Positions 57,290 to 64,000 of a stretch of 64,000 bases of DNA are shown here, one piece after another. Each line of letters begins with the position of its first letter. Within the stretch, counting starts at the first letter, position 1. The translations under genes were made by a program, and so were the position numbers. Location: the NCBI GenBank assembly GCA_951406725.2, contig OX597826.1:29760001-29824000 (forward strand), given 5' to 3'. The stretch is from Octopus vulgaris (lineage: Eukaryota). Below the pieces are notes generated by a model. The model made no database searches. It saw only the letters and a list, made by a program, of their open reading frames with translations, and was not told the origin of the DNA.

Positions 57290-57760
57290 ACATATTCACA
57301 CACACACATACATACAAATTCACACATACATACATACATACATACATTCATACGTACATACTCACGTACATACATACTTATATACATGCATACATAATAC
57401 ATACAACATACATTCATACATACATTCATACATACATTTATACATACATACATACATACATACATACATACATACATACATACATACATACATACATACA
57501 TACATACATACATACATACATACATACATACATACATACATACATACATACATACATTCATACATACATTCATTCATACATACATATACATACATACATA
57601 CATACATACATACATACATACATACATACATACATACATTCATGCATACATTCATACATACATACACACGTACACATACATACATTCATACATACATTCA
57701 TACATACATTCATACACACACATACATACATACATACATACATACATACATACATACATT
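57290..57760. repeat. (CATA)n microsatellite
   Basis: Direct reading. Confidence 0.95.
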
Positions 57761-58019
57761 CAGTCCGCAATATAACATATGCCCCTGTGATCATCATCAT
57801 CATCATCATCATAATGACCATCATCATGACCATAATCATTGTCGCCAATGCTTCTGTCGTCGTCGTTGTCGTCATTAATATTGTTTTTTTCTTATAATCT
57901 GCAAAATACATCTTTCGCTGTATTAAACAAATAAACAGGAATTGTTATTAAGAATCGAAGTCATAAAGCATTCTTCATTCTATTTCCTTTGTGCATATCC
58001 ACCAGGTATATTAATAATG

Positions 58020-58412
<393 letters not shown>

Positions 58413-58859
58413 CTTTAATGATATGTGTTTCGATATATTTAATAGGAATAATATTTACTGATAAATTTCCAATACTTTAATAGCAGGAATAATGCAATCG
58501 TTCAAATATATAAATGATCTATATACACAAGTAACATGAGTTATAATATAAACAATAGTGTTTTCATGTGCCTGTCTGTGTGTGTGTCTGTCTGTCAGTC
58601 TGTTTCTGTTTATATATATATATATATATGCGTGTTTGTGTTAGCTTAGATTTTCTTTGGTGCTGGCCAGATTGGAGCAGTTTCGAGTATAACCAACCGA
58701 AACTGTAAAGATGATCTGGAACTCGACTGAGGAATGAAAACTCTGAATGACCTGTCCTTGTTTTTTCTAGTCCCTTTTTGTATCATCTAACTGTCTGGAT
58801 GTTTTATTGTCGCCTGTTGCGTTCTTGTCCCATTTTTGTATTCTTTTACATATATATAA

Positions 58860-58894
<35 letters not shown>

Positions 58895-58902
<8 letters not shown>

Positions 58903-60372
58903 GAAAGAATGGAGTCGAACGAAGATGTTAACAAAATTTCTTTACTCTCGACATATGTTTCGAAGACAACATGGTTTCATGAAGCCGTTGCTAGGAACTT
59001 TCACAGAAATTCTAGATATCATTCAATTATCAATTCCCACATAGTTAGAATCGCTTTTTCTGACACTAGAAATCTTTCACAAATTATATCTTCTCACAAT
59101 ACCAAGCTGCTAAACAAAGATTCTTCACCCGGGAGTTCCAACACTAATCTTGCTAATTCCAACCCATCATACAATCATAATAATAGGAATAGTATTAATA
59201 GTAAAAGCATTGGTAGCAGCGATAGTGTTAACAATGATAATATTAATAATAGTATTAGTCGTGTTAATAACAATGGTAATGTTGATGTTAATAACAATAA
59301 CGGTATTATTGTCGGTGGTATTACTGGTTGTATTACCATTAATAATACTAATAATAATAGAAATAGTGTAGTTGTTGGCGCTAATAATAATAGTAACAAC
59401 AATCATAGCAATAAAAACTTCGTTTCGATCTCGGAGGACAACCCCAACAGAATTAAATTTTTGTCTAGTAATTCTAAGATTAAGAATTCTATTTACCAGT
59501 GTAGAATTTCTTCCGGTACCGATGTCTTCTTCTATATAGGAGCGTCCACTTCCCAGTTATCCAAGAGAATTTCAAACTATTATTCAACATTCAGGGATAG
59601 TAAAAAACGACATAGTACAGGGCTAAGTAAATTAGTTTGGCGTCTTAAAGACAACAATATAAATGTCAAGTTAGATTGGTTCATACTGTCTGTATCCTTT
59701 CCTTTTGATAAGGGCAGGAGATTTTGTAACATTTGCAACTCTGAACTCTTCCATATTCTCTTCTCTAAGTGTAAACACACTCATAGAAAAATCATAACTT
59801 TCTATTCATATAAATGATAACGATAGTCGAACAATTAACTTAACGTGCACTCCACTTCAATAGCGAAATTCTTTCCTAAGCCTTTGAACATTCTTTCAAT
59901 CAACGTACCCTTCCCTCTCCACTTGTTCCCTACCTATTATTCCTTTAGCCCTTCTCTTCCTACTATCTATCTTTGACGTCCATTCTTCTAACAGTTTTTT
60001 TTAAAAACACTCATTATCGTTTTGTTTACCATGTAGGCAGTCATCGAAATTTTTGTTTGTCTTGTTGTCAAGAGAGGCTCCCTTTCTTTCCTGATGAGAA
60101 GATTGCATAATGCACCCTTTATTCCTTTGGAATGAAACCATGTTGTCTTCGAAACATATGTCGAAAGTAAAATAATTTTGTTAACATCTTCGTTCGACTC
60201 CATTCTTTCATTTATTCATATACAACACACAAATTTCTGCACATGAACCCGGAGTTTCTACCCTTGGACAGGTCGCTTCAACCGTGTTTCTGACGTGAAT
60301 TTGCTACCCTGGTTTCGGTTCAACGAATTTTCCATGCTGACGATAAACATAGGATAATTCATTCACCTATTT
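58895..60372 (+). mobile_element. 5'-truncated PLE (GIY-YIG remnant) with an inverted 5' copy of its pseudo-LTR and a hammerhead
   Basis: ORF 58909-59817 contains NSIYQCRI...FYIGAST..LSKRI...HSTGLSKLVW.LK...CNICNSE; 58895-58984 is inverted at ~60132-60216. Confidence 0.85.
60086..60167 (+). ncRNA. Type I hammerhead ribozyme motif with long stem II
   Basis: ctttc-CTGATGA-gaagattgcat...atgttgtcttc-GAAAC-atat-GTC-gaaag; palindromic stem III. Confidence 0.88.
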
Positions 60373-60549
60373 ATATATATATATATATAGTCGATATTTA
60401 ACATTATTGGTCTAATGGGTATATGTCGATTAATGTGTTGAAGTGTTGAATTGAGCACTGACACAGTTTGAGCTAGCTAGTGTCATCCACTGTCGGAGTG
60501 TTTCAGTTGGATCAACTTCAGGAATTCCGCAGTGTTAGTAGACATAATA

Positions 60550-60628
<79 letters not shown>

Positions 60629-60629
<1 letters not shown>

Positions 60630-60840
60630 TGCTTAAGTAACGAAAAAATGGATTTGGCATTAATTTAATCTTAATTTTGTACAACGGTCGTTTCGAGCCA
60701 TCCTGCTAATGTCCCTTATGGGTGGGACTTGTTTAAAGGAGTCCCACCCTCAAGGGACAGTATCAGGATGGGTCAAAATGATCGTTGTACAAAATTAAGA
60801 TTAAATTAATGCCAAATCCATTTTTTCGTTACTTAAGCAA
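60629..60840. repeat. ~210-bp near-perfect palindrome flanked by (AAT)n/(ATT)n
   Basis: ttgcttaagtaacg...gggtgggact / agtcccaccc...cgttacttaagcaa. Confidence 0.95.
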
Positions 60841-60861
60841 TTATTATTATTATTATTATTC

Positions 60862-61780
60862 AGTAGTTTTATTTTTTATAGCGTGCTTTCACTTCACTAC
60901 CGAGCGCAGCTCTGTGTGCCTTGGGTATGTGCTGTGATTTGTTGTGATGCTCTGATGGTTATTGTATGGAAAGTGTTCTGCGTAGGATGTGTGCAGTGCC
61001 TAGTAGTGCAATTTTCTGTATGTTATATGTGTTTGTAAGTCCTGGTGTTTTTGTTATGTATTTGTCTGAATATTTTTTTATCATGCCTAATGCACCTACT
61101 ATGATAGGAATTGTTTCTGTTTTCAGATTCCACATTCTAGTTACCTCTATTTCCAGGTCTTTGTATTTTGAGAGTTTCTCCATTTCTTTTAGAGACACGT
61201 TGTCATCTGCCGGTATTGATACATCAATTAGAAAGCATTTTTTTCTTCATGATCTCTGACAACTATATCTGGTCTGTTGGCCTTAATTTCTCTATCTGTG
61301 TGTATCGGCATATCCCAGAGTATGGTTGCTTTCTCGTTTTCTGTGACCTTTTCTGGTGTGTGCTTATACCATCTTTTTTCTGTTGTTATTCCATAATGTT
61401 GGCATAGCTTCCAATGTATGTAGGTTCCAACTCTATCATGTCTGTGAATATATTCCTTCTTAGCCAGGACTGGGCAGCTAGAGATAATATGATTTATTGT
61501 TTCTTGTCCATCTCCACATATTCTGCAGTTACTTGTAATATTTCGTTTCATTACATGTTTTTGGTAATTTCTGGTGGGGAGGCTTTGGTCTTGTGCTGCA
61601 ATTAAAAATCCCTCTGTTTCTGCTTTGAGTCCTGAGCTTCTCAACCATTGCTGGGATTTTTCTTTGTCTATTTCTTTTGCGTTTAGTTTAGTGCAGTATT
61701 TACCGTGAAGGGGCTTTTCTTGCCATCGTTTTATCATGGTTCGTTGCTGTTCTATTTTTAGTTTGGATTTCATTTGACCA
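60862..61780 (-). mobile_element. 5'-truncated R4/Dong-type LINE (CCHC knuckle + restriction-like endonuclease), frameshifted
   Basis: ETEGFLIAAQDQ, CRICGDGQETINHIISSC, RHDRV, LWD..I.TDREIKANRPDIVV, KLSKYKDL, PIIVGALG; 3' end runs into (TAA)n. Confidence 0.9.
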
Positions 61781-61807
61781 TTATATATATATATATTTCA
61801 TAAGACC

Positions 61808-61897
<90 letters not shown>

Positions 61898-62104
61898 CAT
61901 GCATACACTATTGGACACAGGGATATAGACACGAATGCAAACATATTGGCACAGAGAATACTTTACCAAGTTTAATTATTCTTTCATCAAATTATTCATC
62001 AAATTATTCATTCATAAGCAGAGATGTGTAATAAAAAAGGAAATAAAAGCAATCTTCAGATAATGACCCAAGAAATGATAATAATAATAATAATAATAAT
62101 AATG

Positions 62105-62153
<49 letters not shown>

Positions 62154-62179
62154 GAAGAAGAAGAAGAAGAAGAACAAGG

Positions 62180-62532
62180 GCTGAAATTTGTGAGGACTAA
62201 TCGATTACTTGATCCAGTGTTTCACTGGTACTTAATTTATCGAAAAGCAAGTCGACCTCGGTAGAATTTGAACTCAAAACGTAGCGATGGGCGAAATACC
62301 TATTTCTTTATTACCCACAAGGGGCTAAACATAGAGGGGACAAACAAGGACAGACATAGGTATTAAGTCGATTACATCGACCCCAGTGCGTAACTGATAC
62401 TTAATTTATCGACCCCGAAAGGATGAAAGGTAAAGTCGACCTCGGCGGAATTTGAACTCACAACGTAACGGCAGACGAAATACTGCTAAGCATTTCGCCC
62501 GACGTGCTAACGTTTCTGCAAGCTCGCCGCCT
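62180..62532 (-). mobile_element. Two adjacent or nested SINE family B copies
   Basis: atttctttattacccacaaggggctaaac...gtcgacctcggcggaatttgaactca...aagctcgccgcctt. Confidence 0.85.
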
Positions 62533-63107
62533 TACTGGGCGAAATACGGATTATCATTCCGTCCAGCAAGCGAACGATTCTGCCAGATCGCCGCCTTGAA
62601 AAAAAGAAAAAACGAAGGAAGAAGTGCAAAAATGACATGAAGAATTATGCAAGAAGGGACTAAATTGAAAGAAAATATAAAAGAATGACAACAAATTTTC
62701 CCGAAATTAATTATTGGAACAAAAACAACAAGCAAGTTATGTGCTGTTTGTATAAAATATTGAAAGAAATAAACAAATGAAAAACTGAAAAATTTACGAA
62801 ATATTTTTTCCGTTCTCACAAAAAAATCATATTTATTAATGTTGATCTTGTTATGCGGCATTGTTGAAATATGTAGGTGTATGATATTTCTACAAATAGA
62901 ATAAATGTGTCTATATAAAGATGTATATATGGAAGACTCATATATAGTACTTTGAGTTTCCTCCCAAGTCCTAAATATGAAGTTATCCGATTGCCAATCG
63001 ATGCACGTGCCAGAATTCATGCACACCCCCACCACACATATACACGTAGACACTCTGAGATGATTCAACAACACAACACCTAATATCCTAAAGGTATATC
63101 TTTTCTA

Positions 63108-63190
63108 CCCTCCTGATGAGATTTTGCCTTATATAATGATCTAATAATTGCTATTTTCATCCTTAGACTTAATTGAAACAGCTGTAAGAG
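63108..63190 (+). ncRNA. Type I hammerhead ribozyme motif (long stem II, weak stem I)
   Basis: ctc-CTGATGA-gatt...aatt-GAAAC-agct-GTA-agag; palindromic stem III ACAGCTGT. Confidence 0.6.
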
Positions 63191-63691
63191 AATATGTTGG
63201 ATTTTTGCAGATGATAATTTTTTATTAAAGGCTATATCTTCATTTTCTTAATTTTGTTTTGAATGATTATATACATACATATATCTATATATTTTTCCGA
63301 ATTTGTGTAAATGTTTATAGAATAATATATCAGCTGAATAAAGTCAAAACACAGTCTGGCTTTCACGTTTTTTTATTATTGTATTTAAATTTCTTTTTCT
63401 ACAGTTGTCAAGAACTCAACTATCAATTAAATACATTTTGAAATCTGATGAATACCATACGGTGACAAACTGAGACATGTTTCGGCCTTATTTGACCTTA
63501 TCCTGGGTATTTTCCCAAATGCTTCATTATTGTTGTTCAGCCTTGATCAAGCAGCCCCAGTATGATTATTACTGAGTAATTTTATAGGACCATCTTATAA
63601 AGTCATTACATGATCCCTTAAGGTAGACTTTGCAGCTATTTCTTGCAGCTCAAACAATCGCATGGGGTTGCAACAATTGGTTCGTTTAAAC

Positions 63692-63965
63692 CAGTGGTTC
63701 TGAACCGTTTTTTCCTGTGTACCCCTTTGATTTCTATTTTATTCTGCTGGATCCCCATTGCCTTTTGCTGCTTAAATTAAATCCTATTATATTTCTATTA
63801 TTAAATATTGTTAGGAATTGTATAAAAAAATTGTTAAAATGTTTTATATATCGTAAAAATATAAGCAATTTATCGCGCATAAATTTTAACAACAAAATCT
63901 TATATGGACCCTTAAGGGTGATGTGGTCCCCTAATGGTCATGCGGTCCCCGGTTGAGAATTACTT
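63692..63965. mobile_element. hAT-type MITE
   Basis: TIRs cagtggttctgaacc / ggttgagaattactt; 8-bp flanks gtttaaac / gttcagac (6 of 8 match, degenerate TSD). Confidence 0.75.
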
Positions 63966-64000
63966 GTTCAGACGAATGTTCTGGAAGAAGGTGCGCTTTG

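Noticed and set aside
62532-63074. 180-aa ORF with EGF-like CMNSGTCID
   Set aside because: The remaining EGF cysteines are absent and the rest of the ORF is low-complexity or SINE-derived.
63470-63510. Minus-strand ggtc...ggccGAAACatGTC hammerhead-like remnant (similar half motif GAAACgatcGTA at ~7017)
   Set aside because: The CUGANGA box is missing or mutated.

Overview
AT-rich, microsatellite-dense animal DNA with no confidently identifiable host gene. The SINE families and repeat landscape resemble an octopus/cephalopod genome (inference). Nearly all real coding sequence is retroelement-derived. (1) A near full-length CR1-type LINE (25860-30788, minus) with an intact 1007-aa APE+RT ORF2 and a disrupted Myb-like/CCCH ORF1. 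(2) A young Penelope-like element (PLE; 31875-38117, plus) with an intact RT+GIY-YIG ORF, ~730-bp inverted pseudo-LTRs and an upstream ORF1 joined to RT by a UUUUUUA -1 slippery site. (3) 5'-truncated CR1, Tx1/L1-type and R4/Dong-type LINE fragments, and a decayed Helitron. There are also MITEs, many SINEs and a U6 fragment. The central ~24 kb (21.6-45.2 kb) is a (TA)n/AATGTTTGTATATG compound satellite into which five retroelements are nested. Main highlights: the ORF1-frameshift-RT architecture of the PLE; at least six independent hammerhead-ribozyme motifs, most with enlarged stem II and several inside tail-to-tail foldback PLE ends; and a covarying 3' stem-loop shared by two LINEs and a SINE family. 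Most ORFs in the supplied track are microsatellite artefacts.
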